35,261 nt of DNA from Candidatus Hydrogenedentota bacterium. Lineage in GTDB: Bacteria > Hydrogenedentota > Hydrogenedentia > Hydrogenedentales > GCA-2746185. The stretch's first letter is position 1. Every line of letters begins with the position of its first letter. The stretch covers positions 1-35,261 of the forward strand of contig JAYGCN010000060.1 in NCBI GenBank assembly GCA_046583315.1. The letters run 5' to 3'. Of the stretch, positions 18,877 through 28,409 are shown piece after piece. Under the pieces are notes generated by a model, which was given only the letters and a program-made list of their open reading frames with translations, searched no databases and had not been told where the DNA came from. A program made the position numbers and the translations under genes.

Positions 18877-20196
18877 ATGAAACGAGTAGTAATTGCATTG
18901 ATTGTTGTGGCCGTACTTGGAATCGGTTACACAGCGATGACGGGTGACGATGTCGCTGTCGAAATGACCGAGGTGACGCGGGAAACGGTGTTCGAGTATA
19001 TTGCGGACGATGCGAAAACACGCTTGGACGACGAGTACATCATCGACATGCCTATTCCGGGAACGGTTGATCGCATTGCTTTGGAGATTGGTGATCAGGT
19101 GGAGGCGGGTCAGGTGATTGCGAGCATTGATACCTTCGCGTTGAAGCAGGAAATTCGTCAGGTCGAAGCGTTGATTGTTCAGATCAAAGCCTTTGAAACG
19201 GGTGTGGATATTGAAAAACCCAAAGACGAAGACATCGCGTCTGCGCAACTTCGTGTCAGGGAAATGGAAGATACGCTTCGCATTACGGAAAAGTCCTACG
19301 ATGTGCTGGAAATCAATATGCGCAAGGCGAAGCGGGCCTATGATCGCGCCAAAGGATTGTTAAAGGCCGGAGCAACGAGTGAGTCTCTGCATGATGAGGC
19401 CGAGCTGTTGTACGAGGGATTGGTCGAGGATTTGAAACGTGTGCGGCTGGAGGAGGGTGTCGCGAAAATGGGGCTTGAACAGGCACAGATTGCATTGCAA
19501 CGTCTGTCGGGCTCGGTGGACGACAATGAGTACATGCGCGACTCGTATTTAGCGGAGATTGATGGCTTGAATGCGCGGCTCGCTTCGATGCAGGATGATT
19601 TGAAGAAGGCAAAAGTTACCTCGCCGGTATCGGGTCCGGTACTCGAAAAGTTTATCGAGGATCAACGTGTACTGATGGCGGGTGAGCCGTTGCTGAAAAT
19701 TGGCGACATGGCATCCATCGAAATCGAGTGCGACGTGTTGTCTGAGGAAATCTCTCCGATGAAAGTCGGTAATAAGGTCGAGATCAAGGGCAAAGCGCTC
19801 ACTACCGGTCCTATTTTCGGTATTGTTGACCGGATATACCCTTCCGGCTTCATGAAGATATCGTCGCTGGGTGTGGAGCAGCAACGGGTACGCACGATCA
19901 TCGCGTTTGATAACAGCCAGGTTCAGTTGCGACCGGGGACATCCGTGGACGTGCGGATTATCACTGCGGAATTAGAGAATGCATTGGCGATACCGGACCG
20001 CGCGTTATTTCGCGATTCGGGTGCGTGGGCTGTGTATGTCGTGAACGATGATAAGGCGTATTTGACTCAGGTTGAGGTGGGATTGCGCAATGACGATTGG
20101 GCGGAAATCGTTTCGGGTCTGGATGAAGGCGCAGTGATTGTTTCCGAACTCAAGAATGCGCTTGTGGACGGTATTGGTGTGTCGCGACTGGAATAG
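18877..20196 (+). CDS. Efflux periplasmic adaptor (HlyD/MacA-like membrane fusion protein)
   Basis: N-terminal membrane anchor, lipoyl-like halves (PIPGTV...IGDQVEAGQ; VTSPVSGPV), long coiled coil, ISSLGVEQQRV and VEVGLRND. AGGAG precedes ATG 18877. Confidence 0.92.
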   Translation: MKRVVIALIVVAVLGIGYTAMTGDDVAVEMTEVTRETVFEYIADDAKTRLDDEYIIDMPIPGTVDRIALEIGDQVEAGQVIASIDTFALKQEIRQVEALIVQIKAFETGVDIEKPKDEDIASAQLRVREMEDTLRITEKSYDVLEINMRKAKRAYDRAKGLLKAGATSESLHDEAELLYEGLVEDLKRVRLEEGVAKMGLEQAQIALQRLSGSVDDNEYMRDSYLAEIDGLNARLASMQDDLKKAKVTSPVSGPVLEKFIEDQRVLMAGEPLLKIGDMASIEIECDVLSEEISPMKVGNKVEIKGKALTTGPIFGIVDRIYPSGFMKISSLGVEQQRVRTIIAFDNSQVQLRPGTSVDVRIITAELENALAIPDRALFRDSGAWAVYVVNDDKAYLTQVEVGLRNDDWAEIVSGLDEGAVIVSELKNALVDGIGVSRLE

Positions 20197-20198
20197 TG

Positions 20199-21293
20199 CT
20201 ACGCGAGTCCCAAATCTTCGTAAACCGCCGTATTGAAATCCCGCACGCGTTGATTGTGACGCGGCTCGCCGGGCATCCCATTGAAGATGACGATCACAAC
20301 GAGATCGTGAGCGGGATCGGCGAAGGCGGATGATGATTCGCGCCCCCCGTGACCGTAGGAATCCTCTGACGCGTGAATACCGTAGCCGTAGGGAGTGGTT
20401 TCTGCGCCGTAACGATTCGAATTCAGGATAAAGCCGAGTCCCCAGTCCATCGTGCTGCGGAACGTGAGGTCGGGCAATCCTTCGCGATGACGATGCACGA
20501 GATTGGACACGGAGTCGGGTTTCAGGATGTCGCGACCACCACTCAGCAATGCTTCGTAGAAAAACCCGAGTTCACGGGCAGGTCCTCGTGCGTTAGCGCC
20601 GGGTACACAAGGCGTCACCCATTGTCGTTCGGTATTGGTAAGCCACTCTGATTTCCCACGCACTGTGACGCAGATGGGCGCGATTCGCTGTACGAGCGTA
20701 TCGTAGGTCTCGTCGGACATGCCGATGTGACTGCTGTCCATCTTTAGCGGATCGAAAATCTCGTCGCGAATGTAGTCCGTGTAGGGGCGTCCGTCGACGC
20801 GGTGCACAATTTCGGCCAGTATGTACCAGGCCGTGAGCGGGTGATAGCCGGCCGTCTCGCCGATGACCCAGTTTTCGCTCAATGGAAGCGCGCAGATCAG
20901 TTCGATGGCATCGTCCCAGTCTGGAGGAGGCAAGGTAAATGTGCCGACGGGAAAGCCGCCCTGATGCGTGAGCATATTTTGGATGGTGATGGGTTCTTTG
21001 CCGCCTTGCGCGAATTCGGGGATGAATTTTGCAACGGGATCATCGAAATTCAGCTTGCCTGACTCGTTTAACTGGGCAACGGCAACAGCTGCAACGGGTT
21101 TTCCGGCGGATTTCCACAGCATAATGTCGTTGCGGTCGAGTGGGGTGTCCGCTTCATCGCGTATACCCAGTGCTTCATCGACGAGAATCTCGCCCTCTTT
21201 CCAAATATATACTTGTGCGCCAAAATGGTACCCACGATCGATACCCTTTCGATAGATGGCATGTGCATTCGGAAATTCTGATTCGAATGGCAT
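20199..21293 (-). CDS. Serine hydrolase, beta-lactamase class C/EstB-like family
   Basis: SxxK (SAGK), DDPVAKFIPEF, MLTHQGG, GYHP and YGHGG motifs; no signal peptide. Confidence 0.92.
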   Translation of the reverse strand: MPFESEFPNAHAIYRKGIDRGYHFGAQVYIWKEGEILVDEALGIRDEADTPLDRNDIMLWKSAGKPVAAVAVAQLNESGKLNFDDPVAKFIPEFAQGGKEPITIQNMLTHQGGFPVGTFTLPPPDWDDAIELICALPLSENWVIGETAGYHPLTAWYILAEIVHRVDGRPYTDYIRDEIFDPLKMDSSHIGMSDETYDTLVQRIAPICVTVRGKSEWLTNTERQWVTPCVPGANARGPARELGFFYEALLSGGRDILKPDSVSNLVHRHREGLPDLTFRSTMDWGLGFILNSNRYGAETTPYGYGIHASEDSYGHGGRESSSAFADPAHDLVVIVIFNGMPGEPRHNQRVRDFNTAVYEDLGLA

Positions 21294-21297
21294 GTAG

Positions 21298-22044
21298 TTA
21301 GCTTGCCAAGTGAAAGGTCGTGCCGCAGAGTTCCAGTGTATCGTCGGTTATGGAGACGTTTTGGGCAGCGGCGTTGGCTTCGAGTTTGGCGCGGTCGTTG
21401 ATCTTGATGTGTAGGCCGGAGACGCCGTCGCCGCGTCCGTCGGTATCGGGGATGCAACGCACGAAACCTGCGTCCATTTGCACAGTAGGGTGCGCACCGG
21501 AGGTGTCGAGCGGGCAGTCGAGGACTTCGGCCCAGCGTTGGGCGAGTGCTGCGGGGTCGGAGCTTTGTAGATCCACACCGACAATTTCTCCGGCGACCTT
21601 GGTATGGACGTGGGATTGCCAATCCGGGCCGCCCCATTTCCAGGATTCGGGCGGGGTCATGGTGTCGATGGAAACGATGGCGGCTCCGATGTCGCGGGGG
21701 TGGAGGTGTCGCCCTTGTGCGTCTGGGAGATTCAGGCTCTCGACGATACGCACGTTTACCGCTTCCATTTTTTCTTCGAATCCGTCAAGGCTGTCCACTT
21801 GATTGAGAACCATGTAGCCGCCATCGCCGCCGCGTCGATCAAGGAGTCGGCCTGCGGTGGTACCTTCTTGAGATGGGCATACGACTTCGAGGAAGGTGTT
21901 GCCGAAGGGAATAAGACAATTGATGAGTCCATACTTTCCAACACCGGGATCGCGAAAACTGATGCTGGTACCGAATACGGCACAGATTTTGTTCTCAACA
22001 GGTTCTAGGTCGCGTGCCACGAGGGCGATTTGGCGCAGGCGCAT
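21298..22044 (-). CDS. VOC/glyoxalase-like domain protein
   Basis: MRLRQIALVARDL, FRDPGVGKYGL, FLEVV, GGDGGYMV, LHPRD and WKWGGPDW. GGAGG RBS before ATG 22044. Confidence 0.85.
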   Translation of the reverse strand: MRLRQIALVARDLEPVENKICAVFGTSISFRDPGVGKYGLINCLIPFGNTFLEVVCPSQEGTTAGRLLDRRGGDGGYMVLNQVDSLDGFEEKMEAVNVRIVESLNLPDAQGRHLHPRDIGAAIVSIDTMTPPESWKWGGPDWQSHVHTKVAGEIVGVDLQSSDPAALAQRWAEVLDCPLDTSGAHPTVQMDAGFVRCIPDTDGRGDGVSGLHIKINDRAKLEANAAAQNVSITDDTLELCGTTFHLAS

Positions 22045-22101
22045 GGGTGGTCCTCCAAAGTTTTTTTGGAGATCCAAGATTAGCACAAATGAACATGGAT
22101 T

Positions 22102-22140
22102 AAAATAAACAGACGCGCACTACGTGGGCAGCACGCGCCT
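22102..22140 (-). terminator. Probable intrinsic terminator
   Basis: The minus strand reads AGGCGCGTGCTG-CCCACG-TAGTGCGCGTCT (GC-rich stem with G-U pairs) followed by GTTTATTTT, 20 nt after the stop at 22161. Confidence 0.5.
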
Positions 22141-22160
22141 GGTCTCGATTTATGCTGTGA

Positions 22161-23502
22161 CTAATCTACCGCAATCGGTGCCTGTCGTCGCGCGGTCGCT
22201 TGTTTTGTGAAACGTGGGATGAAGCGGGGTACGTCCTTTTTGTATTGCACGTAGCTTTCACTCATGGCGAATCGACCTTCGCGTTTTTCGGTGGCACCGG
22301 TGAATGCGCCTTTCTCGTGACCGAAGAATTCGCTTTCCATAAAGGGTCGCGGGAATGGCCGCGCAATTGACCTTGACGAGTGGTTGATCCGCTCGCGAAC
22401 TTTCGGCATGGATGGTGCGTGCGATGACTTCTTTGCCGGTACCGGTTTCGCCCAGGATGAGCACGGTAGCATCGGTGGGGGAGACCTTTCGGATGTCCTC
22501 TCCGAGATGACGCATGGCCTTGCTGGTACCGATTAGCTCGCCGAAGATCTGAAGATTTTCCAGCTCTTGGCGCAACAACTCTTTTTCGTAGAGCAAGGTT
22601 TCGATTCGACGTTCGTGTTCGTGGCGTTTGTTGACGTTGCGCATGATGAGCGAGTAAAACGTCGCGCCTTCGACCGTGAAACACGAAAGTGCTGCTTCGA
22701 TAGGAAATACGTGACCGTCGGTCGAGTGGGCGTAGAATCCACCGGCGAGCCAGGCCTTTCCCTGGAGTTCGGGTTGCACAATGACATTCTGGCACACCTT
22801 GGCGAAGCGGGCGAAGTTCTCGTCGTCGAAGAAGGCGCTGAATGGTTTTCCCTGGATATCTCGCCTGTCGACTTGAAAGATGGATTCTGCCGCGGGGTTC
22901 AATTGTGTGACGTTGAGATCGCTGTCCAGTTCAAGCATGGCATCCATGGCACTCTCGAGAATCATGAAATAGCGCTCTTCGCGTTCGCGAGCCGCCTGTT
23001 CCTGCCTGATGCGTAAGACTTCCGCTGCGGCACGGTCAGCGAAAATACGAAACAGGGCCTCGGCTTTGGGGTCTTCCGGCATGGGTTTATCGTCGACTAC
23101 CGCCAAATGCCCTAGAAGTTCTCCGGAAGCATCCAGCAGTGGAATACCCATATAACTGACCAGTTCCCTTTCGGGTTCATCCGGATAGATGTCTAGCAAT
23201 TTATCGGGAATGTGGATGAATGTTTTATTCGTGACGGTCGTGGCGCATGGTGTGTTTTCGATATCGAAAATGAAATCGTAGCTGAGTTCGTCGCCTTTCT
23301 TGAACACGAATGCGTGAAATTGATTGGTTTCGATGAGGTATTCGGTGACCAGCGCGCCGTTGATGTTGAGTGCTTCGGTCAGGTAGGTCACGAGCGTTGT
23401 GAAGAAGGCCTCTCCGTGAATGTTCGATGTGCCTTCCAGGATGAACCGAAGCGCGCTGTTGTCTGCGAGTGGTGTGGAGGTGTGTTCCCTGGTTTCGCTC
23501 AT
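22161..23502 (-). pseudogene. GAF-PAS sigma-54-dependent activator (FhlA/HyfR-like), frameshifted and truncated, fused to a foreign C-terminal tail
   Basis: GAF and PAS domains, then Walker A GETGTGKE and VKVNCAA. One extra T at 22341-22343 moves [15 protein letters not shown] into another frame. After EGRFA there is no Walker B or HTH. Confidence 0.85.
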
Positions 23503-23597
23503 GCGTGTCGTATGCCTTCTCTTATAGAGTTGTACGACAGAATAACGCATTTCGATTCGTTAGGCAACTGCCGGTTTTGGTGGGACGATGCGGTGTG

Positions 23598-23603
23598 TAT
23601 AAT
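23598..23603 (+). promoter_or_regulatory. Possible -10 element for the small Cys-rich gene
   Basis: Perfect TATAAT 40 nt upstream of ATG 23644; the -35 match is weak. Confidence 0.35.
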
Positions 23604-23643
23604 GAGACCTGAAGACGATTGAGTTGGATAAGGAATCGATGCG

Positions 23644-23877
23644 ATGGCAGGCACTAGCGATCTCGAAAAACGCCGCGACTATTATAGTGAGCTTTCGGAT
23701 GAGGAACTCGACGGAATCTGGGCGAAACGGGATAAACTCAAACTTGGCGAGGATGAGCAAAATATGCTCAGGTATATTCTGCGCAATCGCAAAGGGTTCA
23801 AGCCGGTCAATCCCCACGTGTCGATGTGCAAACGCTGCAACCTGCCTGTGGATAACTGCGCGTGTATGAATCTATGA
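23644..23877 (+). CDS. Small hypothetical protein (77 aa) with C-terminal CxxC-x6-CxC putative metal-binding motif
   Basis: AAGGA upstream, protein-like composition, CKRCNLPVDNCAC, and an ATGA overlap with the next gene. Confidence 0.7.
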   Translation: MAGTSDLEKRRDYYSELSDEELDGIWAKRDKLKLGEDEQNMLRYILRNRKGFKPVNPHVSMCKRCNLPVDNCACMNL

Positions 23878-25217
23878 CGCGTACAAGCTGTACAGCGTTT
23901 CTGGTCTGTTTTTCTGCCTGGTGGAGTGTCGCTCAGGAACAATCTCCTGGGTATCAGGGTATCTGGTTTCCGTTGGGACAGGTTTCGGAGTATGGCGACA
24001 AGTATTCGGGTGGTCTGGGGACCTATACGGCGAAACATCGCCCGGTGGCCATTCATGCCGAAGACGCTGGCGAGTCGGGTCGGACGTTTTTCGTGTATGG
24101 AGGCGCGAAAAATGAAAAGCGCTACTTGTTAAACATGATTGGGTATTATGATCATGCGACGAACGAGCTGGGGCGTCCTGTGGTCGTGCATGACAAGGGC
24201 GGCGTGAATGATCCGCACGATAATTCGTCGATAGCGATTGACGGGGATGGGCATATTTGGGTCTTTGTGAGCGGAAGAGGGCGGTCACGTCCTGGATTCA
24301 TCTACCGCAGCCGGGCACCCTATTCGATTGACGGATTTGAGCAAATTCTTGAAGGAGAATTCGCGTATCCTCAGCCAGTGTGGATTGAGGACACGGGATT
24401 TTTGCATTGTTTCACGAAATACACCAAGGGTCGTGAGTTGTATTGGAGCACCAGTGTCGATGGGCGCGAATGGTCGCCTCACCGGAAACTGGCGGGTATG
24501 GGTGGGCATTATCAGAATGTGGAACAGCGCGATGGCGTAGTATACATGTCATTCAATTACCATCCGGGCGGTGTCGTTGATAAAAGGACGAATCTGTTTT
24601 TCCTAAAATCGTCGGATGCCGGGAACACGTGGCAAACGATGGAAGGGAAGACGGTTACAACACCGTTGACTGATCCGAAGGGTGTTGGATTGGTTCGCGA
24701 TTTCGAAAGTGAGGGGCGGCTGGTCTATCTGAAAGATATGCAGTTCGACTCGGAAGGTAATCCTGTGATGCTCATCGTTACGAGTGCTGCGCATGTGCCT
24801 GGACCCAAGGGTGAGCCGCGTATTTGGACGATTGTCAGGTGGGATGGCCGCGAATGGATTTTTTCTGAAGTGACACGCTCAACCCACAATTATGATATGG
24901 GGCAACTATGGATCGAGGGCGATCTATGGCGGATCTTGGGTCCTACGGAAGAGGGTCCGCAGCATTGGGGGACGGGTGGTGAGGTGGCGTTGTGGGAGAG
25001 CCGAGATTCAGGGCAGCATTGGACGAAAGTGCGGAACATCACGTCGGGTTCGAAATACAATCACACCTATGTGCGTCGCCCGCTGAACGCGCAATCGGAT
25101 TTTTACGCCTTCTGGGCAGACGGACATGCGGATGAATTTTCGCCGTCGAACCTTTACTATACTGGCCGAAACGGGACGACGGTGACGCAGATGCCTCGAT
25201 GGTTTCTGATGGAATAG
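23874..25217 (+). CDS. Secreted BNR/Asp-box repeat beta-propeller protein (BNR_4-like)
   Basis: Signal peptide; Asp-boxes SVDGREW, SSDAGNTW and SRDSGQHW; DPHDNSSIAIDGDGHIWV and HNYDMG. Confidence 0.85.
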   Translation: MTRTSCTAFLVCFSAWWSVAQEQSPGYQGIWFPLGQVSEYGDKYSGGLGTYTAKHRPVAIHAEDAGESGRTFFVYGGAKNEKRYLLNMIGYYDHATNELGRPVVVHDKGGVNDPHDNSSIAIDGDGHIWVFVSGRGRSRPGFIYRSRAPYSIDGFEQILEGEFAYPQPVWIEDTGFLHCFTKYTKGRELYWSTSVDGREWSPHRKLAGMGGHYQNVEQRDGVVYMSFNYHPGGVVDKRTNLFFLKSSDAGNTWQTMEGKTVTTPLTDPKGVGLVRDFESEGRLVYLKDMQFDSEGNPVMLIVTSAAHVPGPKGEPRIWTIVRWDGREWIFSEVTRSTHNYDMGQLWIEGDLWRILGPTEEGPQHWGTGGEVALWESRDSGQHWTKVRNITSGSKYNHTYVRRPLNAQSDFYAFWADGHADEFSPSNLYYTGRNGTTVTQMPRWFLME

Positions 25218-25338
25218 AGCCTCCGGCCTCGCTGGGAGAATGCGTTCAAATGTTATTCGCGCCTGGCTTTACTCCCGTTTGTCGTTTTAGTAGTATCCAC
25301 TTTGATCGTGTGAACATTAGTCAGGGAGGGACCATTCA

Positions 25339-25926
25339 ATGAGTAATGTATTGGATCGAAATCTATTCTTCGTACGGGAGCACGTGGGGATGTTTAAGGC
25401 TGCGAACAACTTCGACATTCTGTGTCCGGATACGGGTGAGGAGATTATTCATTGCCGCGAAGACAATCTAGGCGCCTTCACCAAATTACTGCGCTTTACC
25501 GATTACAAACGTTATACCCCTTTTGAAATTGAACTGCGTACGCCGGAAGGCGAAATCCTGTTTACGGTACGCCGTGGTATCAGTGTTTTTCTTTCCAAAG
25601 TTGATGTGATCGATGCAGACGGACAACGAATTGGCGGCTTCAAACAAAAACTTCTGTCCATCGGCGGCGCGTTCAAGGTACTGGACGCTGATGACAATGA
25701 GGTGTGTGCGCTCAAAGGAACATGGACCGGTTGGGATTTCCGTTTTCTGGCTGGTGAAAACGAACTGGCCCATGTCACGAAAAAATGGGCGGGATTGGGA
25801 AAAGAAATGCTCTCTTCCGCAGACAATTATGTGCTGACCATCAGTGAGTCAGTTCCTGCGGGTAGCCCCGGTCGAAAACTGATACTTGCTGCCGTCATGT
25901 GTATCGACATGGTGCTCAAAGAGTGA
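25339..25926 (+). CDS. Phospholipid scramblase/LURP-one-related (Tubby-C-like) protein
   Basis: Repeated beta motifs (FDILCPDTGE, VDVIDADGQRIG, FKVLDADDNEV), KKWAGLGKEM..ADNY and a C-terminal helix LILAAVMCID. GGAGG RBS. Confidence 0.82.
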   Translation: MSNVLDRNLFFVREHVGMFKAANNFDILCPDTGEEIIHCREDNLGAFTKLLRFTDYKRYTPFEIELRTPEGEILFTVRRGISVFLSKVDVIDADGQRIGGFKQKLLSIGGAFKVLDADDNEVCALKGTWTGWDFRFLAGENELAHVTKKWAGLGKEMLSSADNYVLTISESVPAGSPGRKLILAAVMCIDMVLKE

Positions 25927-26075
25927 ATAACAATCTCAGCGTGGCGTCCAACAAGCCTTACCTCCCCAATATCTCGTCCCCTTCACTATCGATTTGAATA
26001 ATTCGCCTCCGGTATGTGTTTTGGTGTTTAATGTTGGGTCCGCAATGTTCATGAAAATTACTCGGAGATGAGCCG

Positions 26076-28409
26076 ATGGTTAAGCGTTTTATTATTCTAA
26101 GTGTGGTCGCGTCCGTTGCGATGTCTGCTGGTGCATCAGAACGGATTGGCCTGGTAAAACCTGTAGAGCCTTCGCTGGGGTCGGTGGCGTTGCATCAGGC
26201 CTTGTTGGATGTCGGTACTGATTTGAGTTTGATGTGTGTGGCGACGCATCCGGATGATGAAGACGGTGCCACGCTGACCTATTATCGCAAGAAATTCGGT
26301 TATAAGACCTATGCATTGATTGCGACTCGCGGTGAAGGTGGCCAAAACGAAATTGGCTCAGAGCTCTACGAAGAACTGGGCGTGTTGCGGACCGATGAAA
26401 TGGGTCGTGCTTCGGCCCATACCGGTGCGAATTTGCACTTTCTCGATTATCCTGAATTCGGATTTTCCAAGAGCGCCGAAGAAGCATTTGAGGTCTGGGG
26501 AAAAGAAGAGACTCTTCGCCGTATGGTTCGCAAAATTCGCGAGTTGCGTCCAGACGTGATCATCACCCACCACGGCGAAAACGGAGGACACGGGCATCAC
26601 CAGGCGGTCGGTCGTGCGCTGATGAGTTCGTTTGATATGGCGGCTGACCCCGAGGCTTTTCCTGAGCAGCTGGACGAAGGACTCGAGCCCTGGCAGGCCG
26701 CACGCCTATATCATCGTTCCTTCGGAGGCGCGGGTGCATCGAATTCGGTATTGGTTCCCTTCGCGGAATTGGATCCCGCGCGTGGTATCAGCTACGCCCG
26801 TATCGCTGCAAATGCGCTGGGCGAACACGCAACCCAGGGAATGGGCTTCTTTATCGATCGTTTTTTGACGAGTCGGTCAAGTGCCACCTACAAGTTGATG
26901 AAGGGGGCACCCGGGGGCACTCAAGGGGGAGGCTCTGTAGACGCGCCGAGCGGGGGCCTGTTCGAAGGATTACAAGATCGCGTTTCTGCTGACGCTCGAG
27001 CACTGTCCACCGAGACCGCCGGGGGGGCTACAAAGAAAATGTACGCCGTGTTGGCTTCGTCCAATGACGACCGATCCCGCTCACGTGCAAACCGATTGCT
27101 CACGACCGCAGAAGAATTGAGCCTGACGGCCAAAGTGTCAGACGCCCACGTAACACCGGGTCAGACGTTTACGATTGAGGTCGAAGCCATTGATTTTGGA
27201 GACAAGGTCGCGACAGAACTTGAATTTTTGGTCGTCAGTCAAGATTGGTTTCCGATCGCCAAAGTGGAAACAGTGTCCAAATCGCTAGACAGCAAGGGAT
27301 TCGCGAAGGCATCGTTTTTGGTAACCGTTCCGGATTATCAGGAACCCACGGTTCCGCAAGAAGAATACCTGTTTAAGCCAAATTTTCTGGCCCCGCAATT
27401 GACCGTAGTCGCAACGGTGAAGACCGCGGATGGTGAGGTGATGCTGACCTCGGATGTGTTGGTGGATGTCGCGCCGGCCGTGACGGTCGACTATTTGAAC
27501 GCGCCCTATCTCGTCAAGCAGGGAGATCGGGAGTCGACGTTTTCGCTATTGGTGACGAACAATGGGCCAAAAGGTTGCGAGATAACTCTCAATCTTGCTG
27601 CGTCGAAGGGTGTTACGCTCGAAAAAAATTCTGTGAACTTATCCTTTGCAAATGAAGATGAACAGAAGCTCGTGACCGTCGGTGCAGATATTGCAAAGGG
27701 ACTGGTCGCGGGAGATTACACGATAACGGCTTCGATTGGAGGCAGTGATTATTCTTCCGTAGGTACTGCGCGTGTGGTGGACCTGCTGATACCAAAAAAC
27801 AAAAAGGTTGGTGTCATCTACAGTTACGACGATACTTTTATGGACACATTGGAACGCATGGGCGTGGCGCATGAGTCGTTGGAGGAAGATGACTTCAACG
27901 CGGAGAAACTTGATGAGTTTACTTCGATCATTGTCGACATACGTGCGTACTTAGTGCGACCGGATTTGGTTGCGAACAATCAGGCGATGCTGGATTACGT
28001 GAAACGGGGCGGCACGATGTTGGTGATGTATCAGAAAACATTCGAGTGGAATAAAAACTATGCGCCGTACTCTCTTGCACTTGGGCGCAATCGCGTAACT
28101 GTTGAAGAAGCACCAATCACGTTGCTACAACCGAAACACTCTCTCTTTACGACGCCGAACGCCATGGGCGCATCCGATTGGGACGGCTGGCGTCAGGAAC
28201 GCGGACTCTATTTCCCCAGCAAGTGGGCAGATGAATATACACCTCTGATCGATGTGAAAGACCCCGGCGAAAATCCTCCCCCGGGCAGTCTGCTCGTCGC
28301 GAATTATGGCGACGGAACCTACCTGTACACCGCGCTTGGCTGGTATCGTCAACTGCGCGAGCTGCACCCGGGAACGCTGAGGATTTTCGCGAATATGTTG
28401 GCGTTATAG
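26076..28409 (+). CDS. Secreted PIG-L family deacetylase with Ig-like middle domains and a C-terminal class I glutamine-amidotransferase-like domain
   Basis: Signal peptide; ATHPDDED, TRGEGGQNEIG, FGFSKSAEE, HGHHQA, WDGWRQERGLYF and RIFANMLA. Confidence 0.9.
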   Translation: MVKRFIILSVVASVAMSAGASERIGLVKPVEPSLGSVALHQALLDVGTDLSLMCVATHPDDEDGATLTYYRKKFGYKTYALIATRGEGGQNEIGSELYEELGVLRTDEMGRASAHTGANLHFLDYPEFGFSKSAEEAFEVWGKEETLRRMVRKIRELRPDVIITHHGENGGHGHHQAVGRALMSSFDMAADPEAFPEQLDEGLEPWQAARLYHRSFGGAGASNSVLVPFAELDPARGISYARIAANALGEHATQGMGFFIDRFLTSRSSATYKLMKGAPGGTQGGGSVDAPSGGLFEGLQDRVSADARALSTETAGGATKKMYAVLASSNDDRSRSRANRLLTTAEELSLTAKVSDAHVTPGQTFTIEVEAIDFGDKVATELEFLVVSQDWFPIAKVETVSKSLDSKGFAKASFLVTVPDYQEPTVPQEEYLFKPNFLAPQLTVVATVKTADGEVMLTSDVLVDVAPAVTVDYLNAPYLVKQGDRESTFSLLVTNNGPKGCEITLNLAASKGVTLEKNSVNLSFANEDEQKLVTVGADIAKGLVAGDYTITASIGGSDYSSVGTARVVDLLIPKNKKVGVIYSYDDTFMDTLERMGVAHESLEEDDFNAEKLDEFTSIIVDIRAYLVRPDLVANNQAMLDYVKRGGTMLVMYQKTFEWNKNYAPYSLALGRNRVTVEEAPITLLQPKHSLFTTPNAMGASDWDGWRQERGLYFPSKWADEYTPLIDVKDPGENPPPGSLLVANYGDGTYLYTALGWYRQLRELHPGTLRIFANMLAL

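Noticed and set aside
22262..22795. 177-aa ORF beginning MPECHC and the separate 103-aa ORF 22161..22472 as independent genes
   Set aside because: They are alternative frames of the sigma-54 activator pseudogene; only the segment from ESEFFGH onward is meaningful.
23847..23855. Perfect DnaA box TGTGGATAA
   Set aside because: It is a single copy inside a coding region (Pro-Val-Asp-Asn codons); one chance hit in 35 kb is unremarkable.
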